A stretch of DNA of 64,000 nucleotides from NCBI RefSeq assembly GCF_009914755.1, contig NC_060943.1; one strand, given 5' to 3'. Each line of letters starts with the position of its first letter. Position 1 is the stretch's first letter. Position numbers and translations under genes: made by a program. The notes beneath the pieces are model-generated. The model was given only the letters and a program-made list of their open reading frames with translations. It was not told the DNA's origin and searched no databases. Shown piece by piece: positions 25,820 to 43,958 of this stretch. This DNA is from the human T2T-CHM13v2.0 reference genome, Homo sapiens.

Positions 25820-26371
25820 TGTTATTTACAGGAAAGAGGTCCCGATCCAGACCCCCTGGAGAAGGTTCTTGGATCTCACACAAGAAAGAATTAGGGTGAG
25901 TCCATATAGTAAAGTGAAAGCAAGTTTATCAAGAAAGTAAAGGAATAAAGAATGGCTACTCCATACACAGAGTAGCCCTGAGGGCTGCTTGTTGCCCATT
26001 TTTATGGTTATTTCTTGATGATATGCTAAATAAGGAGTGGGTTATTCATGCTTCCCCTTTTTAGACCATATAGGGTAACCTCCTGACGTTGCCATGGCAT
26101 TTGTAAACTGTCATAGTGCTGGTGGGAGTGTAGCAGTGAGGACCAGGTCACTCTTGTGGCCATCTTGGTTTTGGTGGGTTTTAGCCGGTTTCCTTACTGC
26201 AACCTGTTTTATTAGCGAAGTCTTTATGACCTGTATCTTGTGCCGACCTCGTATCTCATCCTGTGACTTAGAATGCCTTAACCATCTGGGAATGTAGTCC
26301 AGTAGGTTTCAGCCTCATTTTACCCAGCTCCTATTCGAGATGGAGTTGCTCTGGTCCACATGCCTCTGACA
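25820..26371 (-). mobile_element. MER41A-like ERV1 solo LTR inserted in an L2 3' end
   Basis: gtcccgatccagacccc...aagaaagtaaaggaataaagaatggctactcc...gatggagttgctctggt..atgcctctgaca. Confidence 0.9.
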
Positions 26372-26695
26372 ATTACATTATACACTTGTTGGTTTTTTTC
26401 TATGCCACTTGCCATGTCCGCAGCTGAAACACAAACTCCAGGAGAGCAGGACTCTCTCCAACTCACTCCTGTATCTCCAGTGCCACAGACGAAGTCTGTA
26501 CCCACCAATATTTTGCAATCAAGGGCTGAGGCTCATAGTTTTTCAGTTTTCTTAGGCTTTTCAGCTACGTAATCATATCATCGACAAATAGTGATGTATG
26601 CCTCTTGCTTTTCAATATATATTCTTACGTCACTTTCCTATCTAATGACATTGCCTCACAATTCCAGAATTCTGTTAAATAAAAGCAATGATTAA

Positions 26696-27058
<363 letters not shown>

Positions 27059-28419
27059 TAAAGGATTTCTTTAGTGTCTCACCTGGTGCTGTCTGTCATT
27101 TGAGATACAAATCTTTGTTAATCAAGTTAGAGAAAGATACTTCTATATCTATTTTACTGTGAAAATTCAGGAAAAGCTTTTAAAATTTTGTTAAATGTTA
27201 AATAATTATAGTAATAGAAGACACCTGTGTCTTCTTATTCACTTTACTGTAAATGTTTTGATTTTTTGCCATTAAGCCTAATGGTAGGTATTGTTTTTGA
27301 AAGATTTATTTATGTTCTTTGTGTTATGAGAATTCTCTTGAGAGAATTATCTTGATTTTTCATAGATGTGCTTTGAAAGTTTAAAAGAAGGAGAATGCCT
27401 ACGCCTACAGCTATATGAGAGTGGCTCTTTCGCAAACGTTTACCATGGTATTTGTCTATTTAGCTTTTCTCCTTCTTTAATCAAGATTAATCTGTATCTT
27501 TGCTTATAAAATTATCCATTACATCCACGTGTTCAAAGTTTTTACATCAGAATTTTACAAATAGTCTATTCTGTCTTTCAATTCTCTGTGGTTCTTTTAC
27601 TTTCTTTTACTATTAAAAAGCATACTTTTTAATAGTATGCTTTTATATTTTTAGGTTTTATAGTTTATTTATTTTACCATAGTTTAATCTGGCTCTTATT
27701 TTTATTTTATTTATTTATTTGGTTCCCAGTTCATCACATTTCAGCTTTTATCACTACTTGGGTCTAATGTGTTGCTTTTTAGTCCCCCTTTTGAGTTGAA
27801 TTCTTAATTAAGTAATTCTTAATTCTGAATTACTTAATTTCATGTCTTTTTTGTTTTGTTTGACTCTTAAAGGGTAAAGAATACGAATTTTTCCTCTCGA
27901 TACTGTACTGAGTACAAGATACTCTATAATTGCAGTTTTGTTTTAATCTTCAGCCTAAAGGTTTAGTTTTGTTCTGATTTTTGAACACTAGTGTTATTGT
28001 TTTAATGGATAAATGGTTAGAATAACAAAAGGGCATTTTCTATTGTTATCAGATACTATTCCTAAATTGGTCAATGAATATAACTTGTAGTGTATTTAGT
28101 TTTTGAATCTACTAACAGTTTGATGGCCTAATTTGTATTCTGTGAGAAGGATGTGGACTCCCCTGTAGAGGTCCATGCATTGGTGTGGGGCCAGTGGCTA
28201 GACTTCTTTGGTCAGCTTGGTGAGTCAAGGGCTAAGAGATGCACTAGGCACCATGGTTATAGCTGTAGAGTTTGTCATTTCTCCTTTGTCCTTTATCAAA
28301 GTTAGTATTTTGTAATTTTGTTCATAACCACCCAAGACAGTTGCTCCTTTGTTTTGAATTGTTATTTACACCACTCTGAGATGCTCTTAGACCTGTTTAC
28401 TTTTTACATGTTAATGTAA

Positions 28420-28970
28420 CAACTGTTATATAGTGCTAGCTATGCCAGGTGATATAGTTTGGATGTGTCCCCACCCAAATCTCATCTGGAATTGTAGTTC
28501 CCATAATCCCCACGTTTCATGGGAGGGACCTGGTGGGAGGTAATTGAATCATGGGGGCAGTTACCCTCATGCTGTTCTTATGATAGTGTGTGAGTTATCA
28601 TGAGATCTGATGGTTTTATAAGGGGCTTTTCCCCCTTTTGCTAGGCACTTCTCCTTGCTGCTGCCATGTGAAGAACGACATGTTTGCTTCCTCTTCCTCC
28701 ATTATTGTAAGTTTCCTGAGGCCTTTCCAACCATACTGATCTCTTTCTTTTATAAATTACCTGGTCTTGGGTATGTGTTTAGTAGCAGCATGAGAATGGT
28801 CTAATACACCAGGCATCTTATAAATATTAAGTCATTTAATCCCTGCAACAACCAATGAGCTAGGTATTATTATTCTCATTATACAGGTTAGGAACTAAGA
28901 TACAGAGACATTCAGTTACAAGCTCTAGGCACCATAAAGAGAGGGTCAGAAGTGTTCTTCATCCCAAGTT
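28420..28970 (-). mobile_element. MIR split by a THE1 LTR
   Basis: gctatgccagg[LTR]catc...tcatttaatcc...ggtattattattctcattatacag...aactaagatacagaga. Confidence 0.65.
28450..28808 (+). mobile_element. THE1D-like MaLR solo LTR
   Basis: tgatatagtttggatgtgtccccacccaaatctcatc...ctaataca; TSD ccagg. Confidence 0.93.
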
Positions 28971-28985
28971 CCAGATTTTCTGTTC

Positions 28986-29640
28986 TTTTTAAAATTATTT
29001 GTATTGAGATAGAATTCACTTATAAAATGTGCCACTTTAAATATAATATAATTCAGTGAGTTACAGTATATTCACTGTGTTGTGTAGCCATCACTACTAA
29101 CTAATTCCAGAACATTTCCATTACCCATAAAAGAAATCTTGTACCATCAGCAAAATACTGACCTCACCCCCACATCCCTCACCCCCTATCAATCACTCAT
29201 TTGCTTTCTCTCTATATAGATTTGTCTATTCTGGACATTTCATATAAATGGAATCACATGACTGTGGCCTTTTGTGCCTGGCTTCTTTCATCTACCGTAA
29301 TGCTTTCAGGCTCATCCACATTTTAGCAAGTTTCACTACTTTACTCCTCGCTATAGCTGAGTAATATTCCATTGTATGGATATACCACATTTTATTTATC
29401 CACTCATCAGCTCACGGATATTTGGATTGTTTCCACTTTGGGGCTAATATGAATAATACCTTTATGAACATTCATATACCCATTTTTGGGTGAACATATG
29501 TTTTCAGTTCTCTTGGATATGCACTTTGGAGTAAAATTGCTGGGTCATATGGTAAGACTATGTTTAACTTTTTGAGGAACTGCCAAACTGTTTTCCAGAG
29601 TGGCTGCACTATTTTATATTTCCACCAGCAATGTATGTGG
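28986..29640 (-). mobile_element. L1MB 3' end
   Basis: ttgagatagaattcac...ttccagaacatttcc...ggacatttcatataaatggaatca...ttgaggaactgccaaactgttttcca. Confidence 0.88.
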
Positions 29641-32079
29641 CAGAATCTGTGCTGTCAAGGGCTGTAATGTATTACTAATCAGCATTTAACTTGAATTTAA
29701 CTCGTTCAGATATTATTGTGTTTACCCCCACTTTATTTCTGCTTGTATTTGTATGACATCTCCAAACTTTTACCTTCAGACTGGGTCATTCATAGTTAAA
29801 TATCTCTCTTTAATACAACACCTGCAAAACTTGTGGGTTTTGGACAAGTATAAGATTATTTAACTATTAAATCAAGATTTGTTGCTACAGCAGATATATT
29901 TACTCTTACTTTGCTGTATTTATTTTATGCTTTCTCTTTTTAATGTTTTCTTCCTCTTTATTTTTTTCTCTTTTGCTCTATATGAGGTCTGTTTTATTTT
30001 TTTCCCATCTGGTAATTTGGACGTAGTACAGTTAGATTATATTTCTGGTGGTGGCTATGTTTTAACTTTATGTAAAATCTTTAAACATGTATTATCAATT
30101 ATCAGTTTCAGATATGAAGCAAGATGTTTTAGTATTTTCTACAAAAGATGAAGATTCTGCATACTATCATTATATCTGGCGCCATCCTCATCGCACACTG
30201 TTCTCTAAATTGCTATGCTCTGATATTTCTGACCCTACTAATTTTAGCTATATTATAATTATTTCTATATTGTGCAGCTTTTCTCCCTAGAATAAGAATA
30301 TTTTGATGCTGTCTTGTAATGTTAATTATCGGTGCTATTTGGCTCGGTTCTATGATCAGTCCTTTCATAAAACAGCCTCTTCTTTTGTGGATCTTTTGGT
30401 TTGCTAAAATAAAAAAGCAAATGGGTGATACATCCTCTGAGTCCTCGCATGTTGGAGACTTGTTCCTACAGCTTTTACTAAAGACAAACAAGTGGACTGA
30501 ATATAGTATTCTCAGATCACATGTTTTTCCATCACAAATTTTCTTGACCTATTTTCTCAGACTTTCTGGGATCTGATGTTGCTGAGGAAATTCTGACCAA
30601 ACCAGGATTTTAAATTTTCTTTGTGATTTGTTTTTCAGACCTGGGTGTTTGTTGGCTTCATCCTTGAATTTTAATAATTTTCACCAGGCATTATTGCATA
30701 TATTATTCAGAACACAGTAAGCCCAGTCATTTTTGTCAATTTAGTTTTTCCTGCATTTCAGGATGATTTTTGTTGTATAACTGCATGCTATTTTGGTTTC
30801 CACTTGTTGTATGCTCTAGGTCGGTCAGCCCACGTGTTGCTATGGCGAGCATGCCCCAGTAGCCTTCCATATATGCCTTCCTTTCTCTCGTGGTTGTTAT
30901 TTATTTTTCATTTTCCTTTGCATCTTCCAAGATTGTCTAAAGCCTGTTCATACTCCCAGCCCCTGACTCAGGTTTCTGCAGTATTAATTATCTTCTTTGC
31001 TACTTCTATTTTGTACATTCTGCACTGGTGTTATTTTTCCCTCAGTTTCTTTCCTCAAACCTGGCAAATGTCTTTTCTTCTCAGTCTGTTCTTTGATCAA
31101 GCTTCCTGTACACTTGCAGCTGACCAGCAGAATAATACTGGATAAACATCTCAAAATGGAACTAACATATATACCCTCTGCTTTTTTATTCCCTTCCCCA
31201 TGTCTTACAATTATGGCATGTTATGTTGGTTTTTCCATTGGTTACCTTTTAAAGCTTAAGTAATGTACTACTACTTTTATTCCTGTTTCATCTGTGTTTG
31301 ATGGTGGCTTCTAATCCCCCACTGTGTGAAGTCAGGACATCTGTGTCCTTACTCCTCCTTGTACACCTTCCCCCGACACATTTTGATCCTCCAGTCAAGT
31401 CTTCCACACATCCTTCTTAGGGTGACTCTAAAACATGAAAACCATGAATCAGTATTATCACAATGAAACTATTCAGTGCAGGCCAAAAAATGTACCAGAA
31501 TTCTACCTTCTTCTCGGAAACTCAATGCCATAGACCCTGGAGATTCAGAGAAGAATATTCCTAGCTCAAAAATGAAGTGGAATCTAATTTTTTGCATCAA
31601 GTGTTTAAAATAACAGAGCAATTTTGTTGGCTTCCTATTCAATATATGACATTCTTGCAGTCTTTTTGTTTTTGTTGTTTTATTTCTGTTTTGTTTTTCT
31701 CCTGGAGTTTATAATTGCATTTTTTGGGGGGGTGCTTTTTGCTTTTGTCATATTTATTTTTTTAAAAACTTTTCAGATACTTTTTATTCTATCATATTCT
31801 GACATTCTCCTTCCAAATCCCTCTCCTCTATCCCCTACAATAAACCACTTGCCTACTTCAACTGCTGCATGGCTGTCATCCAGGGACCTCAGACCAGTGT
31901 CTCCCTGTTTCCTAGATAGATATATATCTTTCTCTTCTTGATTTAGTTCCTCATAGTCCTAGAGACATATCCATACCCCTTTTTAAGGAGGGGCTTGCTT
32001 AAACATTACAACATCACGAGAAAGCTACAAGCCAATTTTCCTCAAAAACGTGATAATGCTTTAACAAATACAATCTAGT

Positions 32080-32257
32080 AATATATACATATATATATAC
32101 ATATATATATACACACACATATATATTTGTGTGTATACATATTTGTATGCATGGGAATATATACATATTTTGTATATATATATGTATGTGTGTATATATA
32201 GATACACTATATATATACACACACACTATATATATATGTATGTATATATATATATAT
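32080..32257. repeat. (TA)n/(TG/CA)n low-complexity tract
   Basis: Directly visible. Confidence 0.95.
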
Positions 32258-32719
32258 AAAATGGGATTTATCCTAGAAATTCAGGATTGCTTAATTGTCA
32301 AAAATCCATGTATTTCACAGTGTTAACAAATTAAATAAGAAAAATCATGATCTCAATAGATGCACAAAACAACAAATTCTAACACCTATTCTTGGTAAAA
32401 AATAAACAAAACAACAACAACAACAATAAAAATCTCTTAGCAAACAAGAACAGAAGGGAGCTTTCTCAACCTCTGAATTGTGAAATACTTAATGGCAAAA
32501 CACTGAACATTTTTCTGCTAGGATAAATTAAAAGGCAAGGGCATCAAATATCACCACATGTATGATAAACACTGGTCTAGACAGTAAGACACTGCAAGAA
32601 AAGAAAAATAGTCATACTAGTGAAAAGGAAGAAACATAATTGTCTTTATTTGCAGAGAATATGATTATCTGTGTATAAATATTAAAGACTCTACCAAAAC
32701 AAGCTAGAACTAATATGTG

Positions 32720-34849
32720 AATCCTTTTGCCAGTGGTGGGTCTTGCTTCCACGTTGATGGCTACTGACTGATCAGGGTGGTGGATGCTGAAGGTTGGGGT
32801 AGTTGTGGCGATTTCTTAAAATAAGACAACAGTTAAGTTTGTCACATCGATTGACTTTTTCTTACACAAAAGATTTATCTGTAGCATGTGATACTGTTTT
32901 ATAGCATTTATCTACAGTAGAACTTCTTTCAAAATTAGAGTAAATACTCTCAAACCCTGCCACTTGTTTCTCAACTAAGTTTATGCACTATTCTAAATAC
33001 TTTGTTGTCATTTCAACAATATTCACAGCATTTTCACCAGGAATAGATTCCATCTCAAGAAACCACTGTCATAGCTCAACCGTAAGGAAGCAATTCTTCA
33101 TCCATTCAGTTCTGAGCATGAGATTGCAACCAATTCAGTCCCATCTTCAGGCTCCACTTCTAATCTTAGTCCTCTTGCTAGCTCCACCACATCTGCAGTT
33201 ACTTTCCCCACTGAAGTCTTGAACCCCTCAAAGTCAACTTTTTCCAAACTCCTATTATTGTTCATTTTTTTACTTCCTCCCATGAATTACAAATGTTCTT
33301 AATGGCATCTAGGTAGGTGAATCCTTTCCAGAAGGTTTTCAATTTATGTTGCCCAGATCCATCAGAGGAATTACTGTTGATGGCAGCTATTGCCTTACAA
33401 AATGTATTTCTTAAATAATAAGACTTGAAAGTTAAAATTACACCTTGATTCATGGGCTGCAGCACTGATGTTGCGTTAAACAGGCTGGAAAACAACATTA
33501 ATTTCTTTGTACATCTCCATCAGAGTTCTCAGGTGAACTAGTGCTTTGTCAATGAGGAGTAATATTTTGAAAACAAAAAAATCTTTTTTCTGAGTAGTAG
33601 GTCTCAACAATGGGTTTAAAATATTCAGTAAACCAGGCTGTAAATGGGTGAGTTGTCGATCATATTTTGTTTTTCCATTTCTAGAGCACAAGCAGAATAG
33701 GTTTAGCATAATTCTTAAGGGTCCTAGAATTTTCCGAATAGCTGGTGAGCCGTGGTTTTAACTTAGTGTCACCAGTTGAATTAGCCCCTAATGATAGGGT
33801 TAGTCTGCCCTTGAAGCTTTGAAGCCAGGCATTGACTTCTCTTCTCCAGCAATGAAAGTCTTAGGTGGCTTATTTTCCCAATAGAAGTCTGTTTTGTCTG
33901 CATTTAAAATCTGTGGTTTAATGTTGCCATCTTCATCAATAATCTTAGCTAAATCTTCTGGGTAACTTGCTACAACTTCTTCATCAGCACGTGCTGCTTC
34001 ACCTTGTACTTTTATGTTATAGAGATGGTTTCTTTCCTTAAGCCTCATGAACCAACCTCTGCTAGCTTCCAACTTTTCTGCAACTTCTTTGTCTCTCTCA
34101 GCCTTCATAGTGTTAAAGAGAGTTAGGGGATTGCTCTGGATTAGGCTTTGACTTAAGGGAATGTTGTGGCTGGTTTGATCTTCTTACCTGACCACTAAAA
34201 CTTTCTCCATATCAGCAATAAGTCTGTTTAGCTTTCTTATCATTCACATGTTCACTGGAGTAACACTTTTAATTTCCTTCAAAAACTTCTTCTTTGCATT
34301 CACAAATTGGCTTTCTAGTGTAAGAGGCCTAGGTTTCAGCCTATCTAGCTCTGCTTTTTGTCTGTCTTCCTCACTGAGCTTAATCATTTCTAGCTTTTTA
34401 TTTAAAATGAGAGATGCACAACTCTTCCTTTCACTTGAACACTTAGGGGCCATTGTAGGGTAATTAATTGTCCTAATTTCAATATTGCTGTGTCTCAGGA
34501 AATATCTAAGCCCAAGGAAAGGGAGAGAGAAGGGGAAATGGCTAGCCAATGGAGCAGCCAGAACACATACAACATTTATGGGCTAAATTCATTGTCATAT
34601 ATGGGTGCAGTTCATGGTGACCTAGAACAATTACAATAATAATATCAAAGATATAATAATAATGAAAAAGTTTGGAATATTGCAAAAATTACCAAAATGT
34701 GACACCAAAACCTGAAGTGAGCACATGCTATTAGAAAAATGGTACTGATAGACTTACTCAACACAGGGTTGGCACAAATCTTCAATTTGTAAAAAACACA
34801 GTATCTCCAAAGGACAATAAACAAAGCACAATAAAATCAGGTATGCCTG
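32720..34849 (-). mobile_element. Tigger1 DNA transposon, near full length, disrupted pogo-like transposase, 3' TIR missing
   Basis: 5' TIR caggcatacctg ends at 34849; ORF pieces [24 protein letters not shown] (HTH), [15 protein letters not shown]...IKVQGEAA (CENP-B-like), [28 protein letters not shown] (DDE region) in different frames. Confidence 0.95.
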
Positions 34850-35099
34850 CACAATAGCCTCAGAAATAGAAACTGCTGGGGAATAAATTTAACAAGGTAG
34901 GTGCAAGGCCTATAAACTGAAAACTACACAGTATGGCTCTAAGAAAGTAAACAAAAGCTCAACACATGGAGAGAGATGACATATCCATGGATCAGAAGAT
35001 TTACTAGTATTAAATTGTCAGTTATCTTCAAATCAACCTATAGATTCATTGCAATGCTAATCAAAATCCCAACAGCAGTTTTGTTGAAATTGGCAAGCA

Positions 35100-35119
35100 T
35101 ACACATATGTGTGTGTGTG

Positions 35120-35184
<65 letters not shown>

Positions 35185-35291
35185 TATATATACATATATA
35201 TATCTTCCCCCTGGCTATATATATATGTGTGTGTGTATATGTGCATACATATATATATATACATATACATATATATATGTATATATATATA

Positions 35292-35334
<43 letters not shown>
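35100..35334. repeat. Compound (TA)n microsatellite (a second TA tract lies at 35629-35670)
   Basis: Directly visible on both sides of the Alu. Confidence 0.95.
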
Positions 35335-35626
<292 letters not shown>

Positions 35627-35628
35627 GC

Positions 35629-35659
<31 letters not shown>

Positions 35660-36494
35660 TATATATATAATGTACATGTCTACATGTGTATTTACTTATA
35701 TGGAAACGCAAAGATCCAGATTAGCTAAAGAAATTTGTAAAAGAACAAAGTTAAATAACTCATATTACCTGATTTCAAGCTTACTATAAACCTGCAGTAG
35801 TGAAGACAGTGTGCATTAGTTAAAGGACAGACTTACTGCTTAACGGAATGAAATAAAGAGGTCAGAAATACACCCGCTCAAACATGGTCAACTGATTTTT
35901 AACAAAAGTACTAAGAAAATCCAGTAAGGAAAGGATGGTCTTTTTAAAAAATGTGCTGGAAAAATTGAACATCCATGTGCAATAAATAAAAAAAGGAACT
36001 TGACATCACACCAGACACAAGCATTAACTCAAACTAAATTGTAGACCTAAATGTAGGAACTGATTGTGTATATTCTGGAATAAAATATAAAAGAAAGTTA
36101 TTGTGACCTTAGATTAAGCAAAGATTTCTTAGATACACGAAAAGAAAGACCCCCAAAAAATGATCAATTGTATTTTATTATAATTAAAGACTTTTATACT
36201 TCATAAGGCACCATTATGACAATGAAAAAGCAAGCCAGAACTGGGGGAAAATTTTCACAAAACAGTATCTCATAAAAGACTTGTAACCAGGATATATAAA
36301 GAACTCATACAGTGCAATAAAAAATAAAAATTAGCAAAATTTTTTAATTGTCATTTCACAAAAGAATGTTTAAAGATGGCAAATCAGCATAAGAAAAAAT
36401 GTGCAACATCATTAGACATTAGGGAAATGAAAATTAAAATCAAAGTGAGATACCATCATACACCTATTAGAATGGTGTAAAAAATGCCAAGTGC

Positions 36495-37205
36495 CCAGCC
36501 AGAATGGCCATTATTATAAAGTCAAAAACAAATAAATGTTGGTGCGGAGGCTGTGGAAAGGGAACATTTATATACTGTTGGTGGGAATGTAAGTTAGTAC
36601 AACCTTTATGAAAAACAGTATGAAGATTTCTCAAAGAACTAAAAGTAGATCTACCATTTGATCCAGTAATCCCACTACTGGGCATGTACCCCAAGGAAAA
36701 GAAGTCACTGTATCAAAAAGACACCTGGAGGCATTTTTGTTGCTGCACAATTCACAACTGAAAAGACATACAATCAACCTAAGTGCCCATCAACCAATGA
36801 GTGGATAAAGAAAACGTGGTATATACACATCATGGAATACTACTCAGCCATAAAAGGGAATGAAATAATGTATTTAGCAGCAACTTGGATGAAACAGGAG
36901 GCCATTATCCTAACTGAAATAACTCAGGAACAACAACAACAAAAAAAAAAAAAAATATTGCATGTTCTCACTTATAAGTGGGTGCTAAACTATGGATACC
37001 CAAAGGCATACAAAGTTGTATAATGGACATTGGAGACTCAGAAGAGGGGAGGGTCGGAGGGGATGAGAGATGAAAAATTACCTATTTAGTACAATGTCCA
37101 CTATTTAGGTAATGGGCACACTAAAAGCCCAGACTTCACCACTATACAAATCATCCATGTAACCAAAACCTCTTGTATTCCTGAAACTATGGAAATAAGA
37201 AAAAA
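36495..37205 (+). mobile_element. 5'-truncated L1PB 3' end nested in the older L1M
   Basis: ctcaaagaactaaaagtagatctaccatttgatccag...cacactaaaagcccagacttcaccactatac...A-rich tail. Confidence 0.88.
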
Positions 37206-38535
37206 TTGAATGTCAAATACTGCCCAAAATGTAAAGCAACTGGAATCCTCATCCTTTACTGATGAGAATACAAAGTGGAAAAGCCACTTTGGAAAAGAGT
37301 ATGATAGTTTCTTATAAAATTAAACATATGCTTCTATGCAGTGCAGCCATTTCACGCCTAGATATTTACTTAAACGCAAAGGAACATTCATTCACACAAA
37401 GACTAGTATACAGATGATCAGGGCATAATATCTCAAAATTGGAAGCAACCCAAACACGCCTCTTCCAGTGATAGAAAAGCGCATTCTCCTATGGTCTTAC
37501 AATAGAATACTACACAGCAAGAAAAAGGAATGAATTACTCATCCACTAAACAATATGGATGAATCTCAAAAGTGTTACACCAAGGGAAAGAAGCCCCAGA
37601 AGACAATATTTGCCATGATTCCATTTCTATGAAATTCTCAGAACAAAAACCAGTAGAAGAAACCTTTTTGGAGTAATGGAACTGTTCTGTGTCATAATCA
37701 AGCATGCGTCAAAACTCATCAAATTCCAAGATTAAATATGGAAACTTTGATTCTATGTAAATCTTACTTCCATAAAGCTGATTGATTAAGAGGGTGCTTA
37801 GCAGATCAGCTTTCTGAGTCTTCACTGAGTCTTTGCCCTTGGACCAAATTCCACTTTTGAGTGATGGCTAAACTACGCATGGGATTTTCGGTCCCACTAT
37901 TTCTTCTCCTCCAAATGTCGAAAGCATTGTCTTCTAGCATCCAATTGTTACTTTTGAAAACTCAAATCACAGTCTGATTCTCATGAGGTGACTTTTTTCT
38001 CTTGTTTTAATTTTTATGACAATGATGTTAACAAACACTTACTGAGAGCTGCAGTGTTCCCAGGCCTGTTCTCCACACCCTACTCCCAGCGCCTTGGGAT
38101 TGCTGCATGATAAATCCAGCCATAACGTCTTTTTCATTGCTGTTCTGAGAACTCAGAGAACTTCTCCAATATAAAGACTACTATCCTTTGGGGGCGGTTT
38201 CTTCTATTGTTTCCTGACCATTATTTTCTTTCTCAGCATCTTCTGTTTTCTGCTGCTAGTACATCCAATAATAGGCATTAGAGCTCTTGGGATTGATCCT
38301 TTATTTCTCATATCTCTCATCTTATAATTTCTCCTCTTTCCAGACTTTTTATTGCTTCTTTTATTTTGGCAATCATTATTTTAATCTCTAAGACATTTTC
38401 TGTTTTCTGAGTGATCCTTCTCCCTAGGCTACTATTCTTGTTCTTGAATGTAACCTCTTCTTGAAAGACATTGAATGTGCTTTCAGAACATTTGTTTTAT
38501 CTTGATCTTACATTGGCCTTTCTCTTTTACCTGCT

Positions 38536-38540
38536 ACACA

Positions 38541-38578
<38 letters not shown>
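38536..38578. repeat. (CA)n microsatellite
   Basis: Directly visible. Confidence 0.98.
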
Positions 38579-38579
<1 letters not shown>

Positions 38580-39441
38580 CTCTGATGATCCTTGGTTGTC
38601 TACTCATAGATAAGAAGGGTGAGGTAGGTGGGTGAGCTTCCTGCAAGGCAAGTTCTCCAAGTGAAGATTCTGCTAAGAGTTCTTTGGGAGGCAGAGAATG
38701 GCAGAAAAAAAATTGAATAACAGGTTTTGGATTAGGTGAGGAGGGGGTTGGAAGAGCGGGTAAGTCAGGGGAGGGTGGGGGGAGGAGACACCTGATACCT
38801 ACCAAAATGAGGAGTTCAGTCAGTCCTATGCATTGTCATTCAAACAGAAAGACATAGCCTTTTTCAGGAAATATGTTCTGTTTGTTTGTTTGTTTTCTTG
38901 CCTGTGTTTTGGTGTAAGGGTCCCCTTTACCTCTCCCTGAAAAATAAATTCCGGCAACCTGAATTCAACTCAGCATGAAGAAACAGGAAAGGACCATCCT
39001 TAGGTTGTACAATGACCTCCAACAAATCCACCTACTTCTAGACCAACTCTACTCCCCTGTTCTCTGGCAGCCAGGTTGTCTCTGAGCCAGGAACCTCTCA
39101 GGCCACCTACCTTCCACCTCCTTGCCAATCTCTTGCTGCACATTCTGGTCCATGCTATTTTTGAATTATTCATGCACAAGCATACTACTATCCACTCTGA
39201 TTCAGAATACCTTTTCACCCTGGTTGAAGACCTGCTCCCTACTCTCTTATATTCGACTTTCTATAGGATTTTTTTGTGTATTTGTTTTAACTTTTTTTCT
39301 TTTGTTTGTACTTCCATCTGGTCATCACTACCGGATCTAAGAAAAGTGGAGTGTAAACAACTGCACCTTCATTATTTTAAGGTAAAAGTCCTCTTCACCC
39401 TTCATCTTTTTCCCACCAAAACTGCTTCTGCTAATGGAATC

Positions 39442-39792
39442 CGTATTAATCCGTTTTCACACTGTGGATAAAGACATGCCCAAGACTGGGTAATTTATAA
39501 AGAAAAATAAGTTTAATGAACTCACAGTTCCACATGGCTGGGGAGGCCTCACAATCATGGCAGAAGGCAAGTCACATCTTACATGGCAGCAGGAAAGAGA
39601 GAATGAAAGCCAAGAGAAAGGGGTTTCCCCTTATAAAACCATCCGATCTTATTCACTACCACAAGAACAGTATGGGGGAAACCGCCCCCACGATTCAATT
39701 ACCTCCCACTGGGTCTCTCCCACAACACATGGGCATTATGGGAGCTACAATTCAAGATGAGATTTGAGTTGGGACACAGCCAGACCATATCA
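39442..39792 (-). mobile_element. THE1C-like MaLR solo LTR
   Basis: gtattaatccgttttcacact...ggagctacaattcaagatgagattt...accatatca; TSD gaatc. Confidence 0.93.
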
Positions 39793-40579
39793 GAATCTAC
39801 CACCACAGCCCTGTATAAGTCACTATGATAAAACGTGGTGAAAAGTTCTATGACCATTTTAAAGATATTAAAAACATTTATATATTCCTTATAAGTTCTA
39901 CACATTTGTCAAGCAAATCAAGATGAATTTTATAATAACAAAGATGAATCACATAATCAATTTTTGTATATTCTTACTTAATACGGTTCTTGCTTTGCCA
40001 AAGACTGAATGGTCAGTTTTAATTGTTCACTATAATTTTGGTTTTCCAATAACAACTTTAAAAATTGCTTTATATATTTAGAGGTTGTTAAGTGGGGCAT
40101 AAAAGTTCATGGTTACTCTAACTTTATAATAAAGTGGATCTTTTATTGAAGTAAGATAACTATAGTCCGTTAAATTTTTTTATTTTACATTTTATTTTCC
40201 CAGTACCTAATATTGTCAGTGCATCTTTCTTTGGTTTGTATATTCTTAGCATGCCCTTGTCTATCCCATTATTCTTACTTTTTCTCTGAAAATTTGATTT
40301 TGTTGTTTCTCCTAAGTAGTAAAAAAGCCTCTATTTCTATTTGGTTTTGATCGCTGAAAAAAATGTAATACCACTCATTCATTTAACAAACGTTTTTTGA
40401 GCAAATGCTGTGTGTTAGATCTCATATTCAAAGGTGGAAAGAACAAAAATTGTCCTAGCCATTATAATTGTTGCACCTTATTTTCTCTACTTAGGTATAC
40501 AGACGTTTTGGTTTTTAGCTCATTCTTCAAATCCTTACCTTTGGATTAAAAGGAGGAAAAGAAAAATAATAATACATTA

Positions 40580-43223
<2,644 letters not shown>

Positions 43224-43559
43224 TGAACACAGGAGATACTATGTTTAGATCATCTTTGTAAAATGAGAATATGAATATTGTTCTTCTCCACCCTTTTTAG
43301 CTTTCTTCATTAGAAATATTTAAGCCCAAACTATTGTCATTTTTAGCAATTGTTATTTTATGTATTGCGCATTATTTTGCATTTTGTGTAATAGCCACGT
43401 TGACCCCAATTATATAGACTTAAACATTTAGCTGGATTTCTGTTCTTATTTTAGACTTTTTGTAGCTCATACTCTCTATTCCTGACTTACAGATTTTGAT
43501 TCACCTCCCATTTAATCGGGAAACATCTTTCGAGCGGCTGTTATAGAAAGAATAGCTGA

Positions 43560-43958
<399 letters not shown>

